62,596 bases of DNA, taken from positions 1 through 62,596 of IMG/VR virus record IMGVR_UViG_3300014501_000018; one strand, written 5' to 3'. Below are positions 38,343 through 48,422 of this stretch, one piece after another; within the stretch, counting starts at the first letter, position 1; each line of letters starts with the position of its first letter. A program made the translations under genes and the position numbers. Source of the DNA: a virus (Duplodnaviria; Caudoviricetes). The notes beneath the pieces were generated by a model, which was not told the origin of the DNA, did no database searches, and saw only the letters and a list, made by a program, of their open reading frames with translations.

Positions 38343-38749
38343 CACGCGGCCTTCGGCATTTGCGGAGCGCCCGGCATGGAAGGCGGCGGTGCAGCGCCGG
38401 ACTGACCCGGCTGCTTCATCTGCTGCTGCATCTGGCCGTTCTGCTGATTCTGGATCGCCATTTTCTCGATCGAGTTTTTCTCGGCGGCGTTGCTGGTCGA
38501 TCCTGGCGGAACGTGCTTGGCCAGCGAGGTCATCGACTTCATGAGAGCTTGCCCAAGTTCGGACGTGGCGCCGACCATGGGTAAAATCTCGGTCATCTGC
38601 TTGACTAAAACTCCCACCCGCTGCATCGCCGCGGCCTCATAACCTTTGTTCGGCGTCGGTCCCGTTGCCGGGCTCGAACCGAACGGCGGTTGCTGGGGTT
38701 GCGGTGGCGCACCTTGCGGTGCTGCAGCGGGCGGGGGCATCGGGGGCAT
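38342..38749 (-). CDS. Pro/Gln-rich head-region protein
   Basis: Low-complexity ends around a helical core. Confidence 0.65.
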   Translation of the reverse strand: MPPMPPPAAAPQGAPPQPQQPPFGSSPATGPTPNKGYEAAAMQRVGVLVKQMTEILPMVGATSELGQALMKSMTSLAKHVPPGSTSNAAEKNSIEKMAIQNQQNGQMQQQMKQPGQSGAAPPPSMPGAPQMPKAA

Positions 38750-38757
38750 CGGCGGGT

Positions 38758-38802
38758 TTACTTGCGACCCTTGCGACCCTTGTGGCGACGATTACGAACC
38801 AT
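38758..38802 (-). CDS. 14-aa basic micropeptide MVRNRRHKGRKGRK
   Basis: AGAAGGAG Shine-Dalgarno 6 nt before ATG; stop lies 8 nt before the next start. Confidence 0.65.
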   Translation of the reverse strand: MVRNRRHKGRKGRK

Positions 38803-38944
38803 TTGGTTCTCCTTCTGGGTGTTGGGTTAGAACGCAGCCGCGCCGATTGCTCGAAACGGCATGGGGGATACTTGACCATCTAAATATTTTTGTGTAATTA
38901 AAGCCTTTACGCACCTGTAGTGCGTTTAAGGTTTTACCGGCTTA

Positions 38945-39205
38945 ATGAAAAAACTCGCCGCAAAAATCCCTGAGAACGAACCGCCTCGTTCAGAAAAAAG
39001 ATTCTGGACCATCAAAGATGCAGCCCGGTATTTAGGTGTCACTCCACAAACAATTTATTGTTGGATCGACCCCAAACCGCACAAACGTCCCTCATTTTTG
39101 CCTAATGGCGCTACACCTCCAATATATCGGTTTGGAACACGCCACGGCATAAGACTTCCAATTAAAGAATTTTTAGCTTGGGTTGAAACTTTCAAACAGG
39201 AGTGA
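38945..39205 (+). CDS. Excisionase/AlpA-like HTH protein
   Basis: WTIKDAARYLGVTPQTIYCW...IRLPIKEFLAW. Confidence 0.75.
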   Translation: MKKLAAKIPENEPPRSEKRFWTIKDAARYLGVTPQTIYCWIDPKPHKRPSFLPNGATPPIYRFGTRHGIRLPIKEFLAWVETFKQE

Positions 39206-39208
39206 ATA

Positions 39209-39568
39209 ATGCACATCATCACCATCGGCTGTGCCCCCCTCGCCCTCCAATTCGTTTTCAAAAACAAAGAAACCGCCGATGCAGCGTGGCTCGCAACGAC
39301 CCCCGGCGCACTCCGCGTCGCGAACACGCTGATCACCATCACCGACGATTTTGGCCAAGTCGGTGAATTCTCGCAGTCGGCGATTAGCTGCCGCGTCATT
39401 GAGGACTGCGACCTGTCAAAACGCGCCCACGTCGAGCGCTCACTGCACCAACAGAGAATGCAGACCGATTTCCAGCGTGCGGCCGAGAGCGACCCGCATC
39501 TGCGTGCCGGGATGCGAGGCGGCCCCAGCGTCATCACGCCGTTCATGCCGAACGGGCGCGGCAACTAA
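39209..39568 (+). CDS. Hypothetical protein
   Basis: AGGAG Shine-Dalgarno; converges on the portal stop. Confidence 0.65.
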   Translation: MHIITIGCAPLALQFVFKNKETADAAWLATTPGALRVANTLITITDDFGQVGEFSQSAISCRVIEDCDLSKRAHVERSLHQQRMQTDFQRAAESDPHLRAGMRGGPSVITPFMPNGRGN

Positions 39569-41292
39569 CGCTTGCCGGCACCGCCGACAAGTTGCTTCTT
39601 GGCGATCTGCTCGCCGATCTCCGGGTTTTCCTGAAGCAACTGCTGAAGCTGTGCCTGTTTGTTTTCTTCCGCAGCCTTGGTCTGGGCCTTGCCTTCCTCC
39701 TTGTTGGGGAACGGCAAGTTGTCCATGACGTATTCCTTGGTAACTACGCCTAGCTTCAACCCGGCGAGAATAAGTTGCGAATTCTCGTCCGAGAAAATCG
39801 GGCTCGATGAATGCGAGTCGACGCTGACACGCCAATCCTCGGGGAGATCGGTCAACAAGAACCCGGTTTGCTCCATCGTAGCAACCGAACTACCGTCGAC
39901 CCAATATTTGCTGGAGTCCTTGGCTTCCTTTAACGATAGCGTCTTATCAGCCGCCGTCGCGACCTGCCGCTCCACCAGCAACGCTCGATCGCGCAAATAA
40001 GGCGACGCCGTTTTCATCAAAGTGCTGGCATGGGACTCGGCACGCACGCCGGGTTCGCCCTTACCTTGCATGATATCCGGAAACCCCGAGAGCCAATTGA
40101 TCTGCTCGATGACGAACTTGATCATCGGCATCATTTCGGGCGGAATTTTTGGCGTCAGATCCTTGACATCCGAGCCTTGCTGAAGATTGACGAAGCCGGC
40201 ACCGCGGAACTGGCCATACTTCTCATCGTCAATGCCGTTGTCGCCGGTAAATGCCAGTATCTTGTCGACCTGAAGCCCAAACAATCGCTTGGCGTCGTCA
40301 CACCATGTCGACAACAACGCCTGCGGTTCGATCAGATCAACCAGTTCAGAGCGGCCCCAGAACCAATTCGCCACTTCGTTCGGTTGGATCAGCGTGTAGG
40401 GCTGCAAGCCGTCCACGCCGGTCAGATTCATCTTCTTGCCAAACGGCGCAATGACGATATCAGGCTCGATCATGATGATCGTGGTGTAGTCCTCGTCATC
40501 CTGCACCCACAACTCATGGACATTGACGACTTCAGCGCCAACCTGCGGTCCCATGATCGCATAATTCGGATCGTTGTTGAGCTGCACGATGCCGCCAGGC
40601 AACGGCCGCGTCGCCCCGGATACGCCCGTCTGCAACGCCGATGTCGATAGCACCTGATGGAAATACGATTGCGGGTCCGACATCGCCTGGCCCTTCATAG
40701 CGTGGCCACGGACCTTCTCGAACAGCTTCTTGGCGTTAGGCAAATGAAAAATCCGCCGCCACACTTCCGGCAGCGTCATCGTCGTGGTCTCAACCATGGC
40801 TGCCTGACGGTCGATCTCGTTCTCAGACTCGTTATAGACACCGAACTGCCACGGCATCACCAGTTTCTTATAATAAACCGGCGTCTGATCCGGACCTTCA
40901 ACCTGCACCCATTGCTTGAGCAAGCAAGCGCCGTATTTCAACGACTGAAACACGCCCAACGCAAAGGCGTGATCGGTATTGGTGCGCTCCCAAGAGCGTG
41001 TCAGCGTCTTAGCAACGACGGCGGCGCGTTGCAGGTAATTCTTTGGATAGGTACGTTCGAAATCAACCGAGAATTTCAACTCGACGGGGCTGAACAGATG
41101 CGACGTGGTGCGATTGAGATGCGTCGTCAGCATGTTGATGAGCGACTTGGTGCCATCGTAACGGCCGGTCTCGGCAATGGCATTCATCAGTCGGCAGTAC
41201 GAAGCGCGCATCCCGACGCTAATACGGCACATCTCAATATGTTCGTTGGCGAAAGCGAGTAAATCCCGAGCGTCCGTTGGGACAGTGATCAC
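39565..41292 (-). CDS. Portal protein
   Basis: 575 aa between terminase and head genes; FWGRS...L...Q and G......G.R motifs. Confidence 0.82.
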   Translation of the reverse strand: MITVPTDARDLLAFANEHIEMCRISVGMRASYCRLMNAIAETGRYDGTKSLINMLTTHLNRTTSHLFSPVELKFSVDFERTYPKNYLQRAAVVAKTLTRSWERTNTDHAFALGVFQSLKYGACLLKQWVQVEGPDQTPVYYKKLVMPWQFGVYNESENEIDRQAAMVETTTMTLPEVWRRIFHLPNAKKLFEKVRGHAMKGQAMSDPQSYFHQVLSTSALQTGVSGATRPLPGGIVQLNNDPNYAIMGPQVGAEVVNVHELWVQDDEDYTTIIMIEPDIVIAPFGKKMNLTGVDGLQPYTLIQPNEVANWFWGRSELVDLIEPQALLSTWCDDAKRLFGLQVDKILAFTGDNGIDDEKYGQFRGAGFVNLQQGSDVKDLTPKIPPEMMPMIKFVIEQINWLSGFPDIMQGKGEPGVRAESHASTLMKTASPYLRDRALLVERQVATAADKTLSLKEAKDSSKYWVDGSSVATMEQTGFLLTDLPEDWRVSVDSHSSSPIFSDENSQLILAGLKLGVVTKEYVMDNLPFPNKEEGKAQTKAAEENKQAQLQQLLQENPEIGEQIAKKQLVGGAGKR

Positions 41293-41808
41293 TTACCACC
41301 CCTGCATCTTGCGCGCGACGCGCTGCGCGGCACGAGCGCCGGCATTGGGCTCGATCCCGGTTGTGATCTTGCCATTCACAGCAACCGCACCCTGCGCAAT
41401 GCCTTGGCCGTACTCGGCCCCGTTGGGCTGGAACCCGATATTCATTGGCGAACTCGCCTTCAGGCGCTCCATGGCAGCGTCAGCCTGCTTCATTTCCATC
41501 GACGCTATATCACCATGACGCATATTGTCATTCATATTGGTGATTTTTAGGGCCGACATATCCTCCTTGGTCGAGCCAGTGATCTCGGCAGCGCGTTCCA
41601 CCCGCGTTTCGGAACCCGCCTCGATATCCCGATACGTCTTATCGGTCGCTTTGACCCTGGCGCTGCGCAGCGATGGCATCTGGATAACGCCGCCTCGATC
41701 CGGTATGCCGATTTCCTCCTGGCAGTCAGGAAGCGGGCATCGACGCGGAAAAGGCAGCGCAGCATCCCAGGGGAATGCCCCGCGGCAAAACGGACAACGC
41801 AATTTCAT
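41293..41808 (-). CDS. Zinc-ribbon hypothetical protein
   Basis: CPFC...CPLPDC. Confidence 0.65.
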   Translation of the reverse strand: MKLRCPFCRGAFPWDAALPFPRRCPLPDCQEEIGIPDRGGVIQMPSLRSARVKATDKTYRDIEAGSETRVERAAEITGSTKEDMSALKITNMNDNMRHGDIASMEMKQADAAMERLKASSPMNIGFQPNGAEYGQGIAQGAVAVNGKITTGIEPNAGARAAQRVARKMQGW

Positions 41809-43721
41809 CGATATCTCCAAGCGTTGCGGGACATAACGCGCTGCTGTACTTGCCGCACCTGACGTTTCTGCGCGAAGAACATATCAAGGTGGTTGCGATT
41901 GAACAAGGCGACTTGATCAACGATCGAGGCGCGTTTCTTAGCGGCTTCGGCCTCGCGAGTGCGACGCTGCGAGATCATGTTGTTCTTAATCTTGGTGTCC
42001 CAGTAATAGGCAGCGAGCGCCGCCGCAATAACCCGGTCGTCGCGCATACTCTGCGGCGCACCAATCGAGTCGCCCTCGCGCGCGATGGTTTTCATTTCCT
42101 CGATCAAAGCCGCAGACCGGATGTGCATCTTGGCAGTCGATATAAAATCGCGCATCCGCTCCAAGATTAAAATCTTTAGCTTCGTGTTTGTCGACCAGTG
42201 CCAATTGGAGCCGGCGCCCATCGCATCGGGACGCGTATAGATATAGGTCTTGACGTTTCTAAAGACGTTGACTAGCCCGCGATCCTCCAACTCCTTGCGC
42301 TGCGACCGATCGTTGTCGATCTGGAATTTGAGCGAGCGCAATTCGTTGAAAACTGACGTGCCGGGACCGTTGATCTCAAGAATGTAGCTGATCTCAGCAC
42401 CATTGCCGTACCAGCCTAAGAGGCTGGCGATCACCCACGCGAGTTGGCGCGTCGTGATCAGCGGCCAAGCATACTCTGCAACCTGATCAATACCGTCAGC
42501 GTAACACCGCCCGATGAAGATCGAGGATCGATCATTGTTCTCATTCTCGCCAAATGCCGGGTCGATGCCCATAACGTATTGTGCGCCCAACTCGGGTTCT
42601 TCCCAAACCTTGAGTTCAATCGAGCGCATGTTCTGAGCAGGATAAATGCGCATGGCAGTAAATTCGTCGCCAGCAATGTACATAAAGGACTTGGCTTTGT
42701 GTTTGACGAAAGCATTAGTCTGGTCGGTGAGCTGCTTCGATCCAAAAAACACCGCTCCTGTTTGCTGAAACGCTTCTTCTTCGGTCCACGCCTGCTCGGC
42801 GAGCATGACGGAATCGTCCTGGCCATCTGAGTCGTCGGCATCTTCTTCATCTCCGTAATTGGGATCAAACTTCCTACGTATCCACGCCAGTTGTTCCGGC
42901 GTAATTTCGTATCCGTATTGCTCCCTAACGGCTTTTATTTTTTCGAGTTCTTTGTCGGTCGGAGGATTGGCACCATAGACTTCGAAATCAGGCGTGTTCC
43001 TACCAATGCTTTGCGACGGCTTCGACCACCAGCCGAGGAAAATGCACTTGCAGTGACGACTATCCTTCTTCGCCTTGGACCAGTCCGTGTACCACTGGTT
43101 ATAGCCCCGAGCCGTCGACTCCTTGATGTAGAGCCGGTCAGGATGGATCTCGGACAGCGACTGCTCGAACGATTTCAAACCTTCATCGTTGTCGTAAGAG
43201 CAAAGCTCGGACAGATGCGCCAGCGTTAGACCTTCGGAACGGCCCAGAGTGCCGCTGGATTTGCTTTTCTTTACGCCGGCCGACATGAAGATCATCGACG
43301 ATTCGTTGACCAGTTCAAGACTGTCGCGGTTGCCGGCTCCGGTTCCTTTGACCTTCGGAAATTTCAAACTCGCTGGCAAATTTTGCAGCATCACCACGAG
43401 TTCTTTACGTGCACTCTCACGATGAGGACTCGTGTCAAACACAAGCGCACCCTTGAGCCCGTTATGAATACCAATCCAGAAAATGCAAAGCGCTCGAATG
43501 ATCGTGCTGATGCCGAGCTGCCGGGATTTAAGAATGTAAATGAAATGGATGTCGGCTTCGAGCGCGTCAAAAATCTGCGTGATACAATCACGCTGACCTT
43601 GATAAAGGTTCTGGCCAAGACAAATCCGGCCTGCGTCTTTGCTGTTAACGAAGCAAGTGTCGAGATACTTGTAGAACGCAAGCTCGACGCGCTGCCTTTT
43701 TGAACTGGCCCATCCTGGCAT
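41805..43721 (-). CDS. terL: Terminase large subunit
   Basis: LKSRQLGIST Walker A, HLSE Walker B, ESTARG motif III, GIDPA...D...DDRV nuclease. Confidence 0.93.
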   Translation of the reverse strand: MPGWASSKRQRVELAFYKYLDTCFVNSKDAGRICLGQNLYQGQRDCITQIFDALEADIHFIYILKSRQLGISTIIRALCIFWIGIHNGLKGALVFDTSPHRESARKELVVMLQNLPASLKFPKVKGTGAGNRDSLELVNESSMIFMSAGVKKSKSSGTLGRSEGLTLAHLSELCSYDNDEGLKSFEQSLSEIHPDRLYIKESTARGYNQWYTDWSKAKKDSRHCKCIFLGWWSKPSQSIGRNTPDFEVYGANPPTDKELEKIKAVREQYGYEITPEQLAWIRRKFDPNYGDEEDADDSDGQDDSVMLAEQAWTEEEAFQQTGAVFFGSKQLTDQTNAFVKHKAKSFMYIAGDEFTAMRIYPAQNMRSIELKVWEEPELGAQYVMGIDPAFGENENNDRSSIFIGRCYADGIDQVAEYAWPLITTRQLAWVIASLLGWYGNGAEISYILEINGPGTSVFNELRSLKFQIDNDRSQRKELEDRGLVNVFRNVKTYIYTRPDAMGAGSNWHWSTNTKLKILILERMRDFISTAKMHIRSAALIEEMKTIAREGDSIGAPQSMRDDRVIAAALAAYYWDTKIKNNMISQRRTREAEAAKKRASIVDQVALFNRNHLDMFFAQKRQVRQVQQRVMSRNAWRYR

Positions 43722-43752
43722 AGATGGTGCTTAGCCCATTATGAACGATAAT

Positions 43753-44031
43753 TCAACGCCGTCCAAAAGCAGCCTGCTGGGCTTTTTGATCGCCGATCTT
43801 GTCCAAAGCCAGTTGGAGCCTCGTAGAGACTGTCGAGTAGAAGGTGGCCGGATCGGCAGCATTGTCGAGCAGAAGCACCTCTATGGGGTCGCCCTGCCCG
43901 CCTGGAGGGATAATCACGCAGGCGCCGCCAAAACCGGCGTCGGCGTTATGATCGATGCGCTCGGCCATCTTGCGAAAGCGCTCGGCGTTGCTCGGGGGCT
44001 CGTTTACCAGATCAGACATAGCGGTGGGCAT
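43753..44031 (-). CDS. Hypothetical protein
   Basis: Tiled ORF upstream of terL. Confidence 0.6.
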   Translation of the reverse strand: MPTAMSDLVNEPPSNAERFRKMAERIDHNADAGFGGACVIIPPGGQGDPIEVLLLDNAADPATFYSTVSTRLQLALDKIGDQKAQQAAFGRR

Positions 44032-44230
44032 ATTGGTTCTTGATCTCCGAATTAACGAACTGCCCCACAGACGGGGCCTTGGCGCAAGCTAGTGCCACAT
44101 CCTCGGGCACGTTTTCGTAGGCGCTGGTCCTGCCGCCCTTGGCCCAAGTGATGCGAAGTTCCTGTGCATCGGTGTCGTAGGACACCTCGGACACCATCGA
44201 GCTATAGACCGATTGGGACCAACTCATCAC
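44012..44230 (-). CDS. KTSC-domain protein
   Basis: SS.V..V.YD....L.I.W..G....Y.NVP.......A.SVG.F.N..IK. Confidence 0.85.
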   Translation of the reverse strand: MMSWSQSVYSSMVSEVSYDTDAQELRITWAKGGRTSAYENVPEDVALACAKAPSVGQFVNSEIKNQYAHRYV

Positions 44231-44956
44231 ACCCCCTGCTTCTGCGCTTGATCGGTCATGATCTGGTGCAAAATTGGAAGCAGCACCGCATCCGTATCCG
44301 CGATTGTTTCATCTGAAAATCGTAAAAAGGGGACTCGCAAAATTTTTATTTCCTTTGAATCATAAAGCGGATGGCTAGGCGGCACCCGCCAAACGAGAAT
44401 CGAACGCCGGCTCTTGTCATGCTCACCAAGACTCCAAAACTCACCGTTCATCTCAGGCACATACTTGACCTGGCGCGATGGCAATTTGACAAGCTGAAGC
44501 CTTGGCTCGCGAATGCGCGCGTAGCGGTCGGGATGATCCGTAAAAAATTGCGCGTCGTCATCCATTCAACAACTCCAGCGCCCGGCGCATGGCGACATCC
44601 GCCCATTTACGAACCGCCGTCGCCAGTGAGTCACCTGTTATTTTTACCGAGTCCCGCGCAGCATCGCAAAGTTCTTTCGCAGCCTGTTCAGAATGATCGC
44701 GCGCCGATTTTTGAGCAGTACCGACCTGCGATCCCTGCTCGATCATAGCTCCCAGATTGCTATCATCAGCTTTCTCAGCCGCAACACGCCCCGCGTCGGT
44801 GATGGTGTACTGATCACCGCCGGCGATAAAATTCTTTTGTAACAACCCCTTTCCTGTGAGACTGGCACAAGGACCAGCCCAGCGGCCGATCGCCAACAAG
44901 TGCTCCCCCCTCTCCGCGATCATCAGAACTGCCAACTCATCACTGGTTATGGTCAT
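44227..44956 (-). other. Two hypothetical genes (44227-44565, 44558-44956)
   Basis: Overlapping tiled ORFs. Confidence 0.6.
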
Positions 44957-45753
44957 ACCGATATCTCCGGCCAAGCTGCGCTCACCATCTCGAAAGTAGA
45001 AAACAGCACGTTCCAATTCAAACGTGTCGGCGTCACTTTTGTATTCCTCGGCAAATAGGTAGGCAATACTCCGGTGTGGTGCAAAAGAAACGGCTCATAG
45101 CCGTGCTCGCGCATAAAGCCGATCACCTGATCGTGGCTCGAACCGAATTTCGGTAGCGCATCAGCGTTAAGTTCCAAAACAACGTAGGGACACTCGCCCA
45201 AGAATTTAGTTGCCCCGCGCAACGCCTTTTCCTCGGCACCCTCGATGTCCAGCTTCAGCAGCCGCGGTGTCTCGTTATCCGTCACGTAATTGTTGAGTAC
45301 GCCAGCCATCAACGAATCCGTGCCGCGCGTTTCAACATGAGCCGCCAGAGAGTTCTTGCTACCGTCGTGGCACATATGAAGCTCGACGGTTTCCTCCTTG
45401 TCCCACAACGGGCGCGTGATGATGTCGACGTTATCGCACTCGTTCAATATGATGTTTTCTTGAAGTTTAAACACATTATTTTTTCCCGGCTCAAAAGCAG
45501 CAATGTGTCCCTTCGGGCCAACAAGTTTTGACATCAGTACGCTGAAGAACCCGATGTTGGCACCGCCGTCGATAGCGAAGTCCCCTGGCCTTAGCGCTCG
45601 CGCCATAAAGTCGGATACCTCGGGCTCGGGGCAGCCAGATATCCTCAAGGCGTTAAGCAACTCGCGATCCGTCAAGCTGTAGGAATCGACAGCCATCTTC
45701 AGTTCAAGTTCGCGCCCGGCGAGCTTAAAATCTATTTTTAAGATGTTGCTCAT
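44953..45753 (-). CDS. FkbM-family SAM-dependent methyltransferase
   Basis: IDGGANIG, AFEP, LKLDIEGAE; ATGA-coupled to the TPR-GT9 gene. Confidence 0.9.
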   Translation of the reverse strand: MSNILKIDFKLAGRELELKMAVDSYSLTDRELLNALRISGCPEPEVSDFMARALRPGDFAIDGGANIGFFSVLMSKLVGPKGHIAAFEPGKNNVFKLQENIILNECDNVDIITRPLWDKEETVELHMCHDGSKNSLAAHVETRGTDSLMAGVLNNYVTDNETPRLLKLDIEGAEEKALRGATKFLGECPYVVLELNADALPKFGSSHDQVIGFMREHGYEPFLLHHTGVLPTYLPRNTKVTPTRLNWNVLFSTFEMVSAAWPEISV

Positions 45754-47132
45754 TTGATGGCTGCAACTCGCTCCCGCAACGCTGCCTCGATCTCGGCAAA
45801 GGGTGACGCCCATTGCATATCCGGTCCCTGCCGGAACGTTCGAACTTTCGGTCCCCACAGCACGTTCTTGCCGTCGACCCCGTACCGATAATCTTTGCCT
45901 AGGTACGAGACCGGCACCCAGCACTCGACATCAATCATCATGCACATGTGCGCCAACGCCGACTCGCAGCAAATCACCAGATCGAGCTTTCTAATGATCG
46001 CCATGGTATCGACCGCCGAAGCAATGTAAGGCGTCAGATCCCAGATCAGCGACATGCAGCCGGCATCATACGACTCCTTGTTGCGCTCCGACTTTTGCAA
46101 CGAATAGAGCTGGACGCCCGGCACCTTGTAGAGATCAAGAAACTGCGTCACCGGGATGTTGCGATGCTTGTCGATATCGTTCAGCGGCGATCCGGCCCAG
46201 GCGATCCCGATGTGAAGCTTGCGATCAGGAATGCGCCAATTCTCGGTAAAATCATAGCGATCGATATGTATAGGAGGGACATTGATGATCTCGTCGTCGG
46301 TAAGTCCCAGCGTAGCCGGCAGACTTACAAACGTGGTCCAGACATCGGCCGGCGGAAACGAATTGCCGGTCGGAATCAAGTTCAAATTAGAGATGTCGAA
46401 GAACGCACGCTGGAACAACAAAAACAGTTCTGGCTGAATATAGGCGTGGACAAATTTCGCGCGCTTGCAAGCCGCCGGCAAAAAGCGCGAAAAACTGAGC
46501 GTGTCACCGATACCCTGATCAGCGACGATGTAAACTTGCTTATCTTTTTCACCGTTCCATTTCGGGTATGGATATTGCAGATAGTTGCGAAGCCGGTAAG
46601 CAAAACGAGCCTCGTTGTGCTTCAAGCCCTTGGCCCATTGCTTGTCGAACATATAGGCCATGCCCAAGGCAAATTCGTTCATGGCGTTGTCAGGCGCAAG
46701 CTTGTGGCCACGCAAAGCGCAGGACAGCGCCGTCGATGGCTGATCCATCGTGGTATGGATGACCGAGAGATTAACCCACGTTGCATCGAGCGTGGCATCA
46801 AGCTCGATCGACTTCATGGCAAAGTCGTAGGCTTCCTTGACGTGCCCAAGGCCGTGCAGCCGCCACGACAGATTGCACATCGCCTTGGCCTTGAGCGTTC
46901 GGTCGGTAATGGCCTCGACCGCCTGGCGCCAGCACGCAACAGCCGCCGGATGCAAATTGAGATCGTTATTGTTGTTGCCGTTCCAATACCACGCCTCGCC
47001 CCACGTTGGGTCGGTCAGACAAGCCGAACTGAAAAGCTGGTACGCATGGTTGAGATGCGTCGGGTTTCCGGTATCCTGGCAAGCGTTAACGGCCTGATTG
47101 AAAAAGTCAGTTGCAAATTTACGGTTGCCCAT
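45750..47132 (-). CDS. TPR + GT9-like (GT-B) glycosyltransferase
   Basis: N-terminal TPR helices; DQGIGD..F.R, IGIAWAGSP, LDLVI..ESA.AH. Confidence 0.85.
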   Translation of the reverse strand: MGNRKFATDFFNQAVNACQDTGNPTHLNHAYQLFSSACLTDPTWGEAWYWNGNNNNDLNLHPAAVACWRQAVEAITDRTLKAKAMCNLSWRLHGLGHVKEAYDFAMKSIELDATLDATWVNLSVIHTTMDQPSTALSCALRGHKLAPDNAMNEFALGMAYMFDKQWAKGLKHNEARFAYRLRNYLQYPYPKWNGEKDKQVYIVADQGIGDTLSFSRFLPAACKRAKFVHAYIQPELFLLFQRAFFDISNLNLIPTGNSFPPADVWTTFVSLPATLGLTDDEIINVPPIHIDRYDFTENWRIPDRKLHIGIAWAGSPLNDIDKHRNIPVTQFLDLYKVPGVQLYSLQKSERNKESYDAGCMSLIWDLTPYIASAVDTMAIIRKLDLVICCESALAHMCMMIDVECWVPVSYLGKDYRYGVDGKNVLWGPKVRTFRQGPDMQWASPFAEIEAALRERVAAIK

Positions 47133-47688
47133 TTTGGTACTTTTTCCTTAGCCCGTTGGCCCAACAGATAGAATGTGAAACGGTGCCCACCAAGCCTTTT
47201 CTATCATGAACATATTCTTGGCTATCGGCACGAAATCGCAACGAGTCGCTTCGCGCGCAACTGGGGCATATGAGCTGGCATAGTTGATCGAAATCTTCGG
47301 TTATTTGCATGAGCGGTCCGGTCTAATGAGCGACAGATTTGTTAGCGGCTAGTCGCCGGCGTCCTTCGCGCACTGCTGGGCACCCGTTGCCCTCGCACTC
47401 CTGGCAAGTCCCAATATCCGTCTCAAGGTCCGGATCGTCATGCTGCGGATCGTGGCGCATTAGCCGGCCATCGACGCAGCGGGTTCTATGAAATTTGGTC
47501 ATTCGCATTGGCGATTATCCCGCAGGATCATTTTTCAAACTCCTGCATTTGACACGTACATTCCCGACCAAAATAGCGGGGATTTCATCCCGGCATGATC
47601 TTAGAGTATGGAAAGACCGATCCACCGGATATTCGGTCCATTTACCCTGCGCATTTAGGGCAACAACAATCATTATCCAGGGCGACAT
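47119..47688 (-). other. Three small Cys-containing genes (47119-47310, 47323-47508, 47515-47688)
   Basis: The 47515-47688 ORF (57 aa) has an AGGAGG Shine-Dalgarno and is not in the ORF track. Confidence 0.55.
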
Positions 47689-47711
47689 TGTTGCCTCCTA
47701 TTTTACGTCGC

Positions 47712-48422
47712 TCATTTCCCGAGACCGGCCTGCGCACGCTCAATGATGCGCTTGATTTGGAAGCACTCGAAAGGCTGGCCGAGACGATTCTTATAGCCCT
47801 TGTCGTTCAACTGCTTCATGATCTTCCACGATGACATTTTATTTTTTGATAGCTCCAGCACTTCGTCAACGACCGGCTGCTCCGCGGGGATCGGCACGAG
47901 CTTGGAGTCGCGTTTCGAACCAACGACGCGATAACCATAAGGCGCGACGCCGCCGAGATGGCCATTACGCCGACGCTTTCCTTCCCGACCATCCGACATG
48001 CGCTCGGCTATTCGGCCGCGCTCGAACTCGGCAACTAATGCCAACATTCCAAAAAACATTTTAGCGGTGCCGTTTTCAGTAACGGGATTGGTGCCCATAT
48101 CGACAAGAACAAGATCGACGCCGCGCTCCTTGAGCGCTTCCGCGGTGTTGAGCGCGTCAGATGCCGAACGAAACAGGCGATCCATCTTGCTGGCAACAAT
48201 CACGTCGCCTTGCTTCGCCGCTTCCAGCATCTCCTTGCCGGCCGGGCGCCGGTTGAGCGGGATCGTCCCTGAGATACCCTCGTCCGTATAGGTCACGAAA
48301 TCATAAGAGCTGGCGCCGCGGAGATCCGCTATCGCCTTGCCCTTGCGAACCTGCTCGGCGATCGACGTAGTGCCATCAGCCGCTTGCTCGACGGTGCTCA
48401 CACGAGCATAAGAGAGGATCAT
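47712..48422 (-). CDS. Serine recombinase (resolvase domain plus a short recombinase-type C-terminus)
   Basis: YARVST..Q, DEGISG..RP, DRLFRS, AEFER..I..R...G, GG..PYGY. Confidence 0.9.
   Translation of the reverse strand: MILSYARVSTVEQAADGTTSIAEQVRKGKAIADLRGASSYDFVTYTDEGISGTIPLNRRPAGKEMLEAAKQGDVIVASKMDRLFRSASDALNTAEALKERGVDLVLVDMGTNPVTENGTAKMFFGMLALVAEFERGRIAERMSDGREGKRRRNGHLGGVAPYGYRVVGSKRDSKLVPIPAEQPVVDEVLELSKNKMSSWKIMKQLNDKGYKNRLGQPFECFQIKRIIERAQAGLGK

Noticed and set aside
47510-47531. ggcgattat, resembling another IS1595-group end
   Set aside because: No partner inverted repeat or target duplication found by eye.
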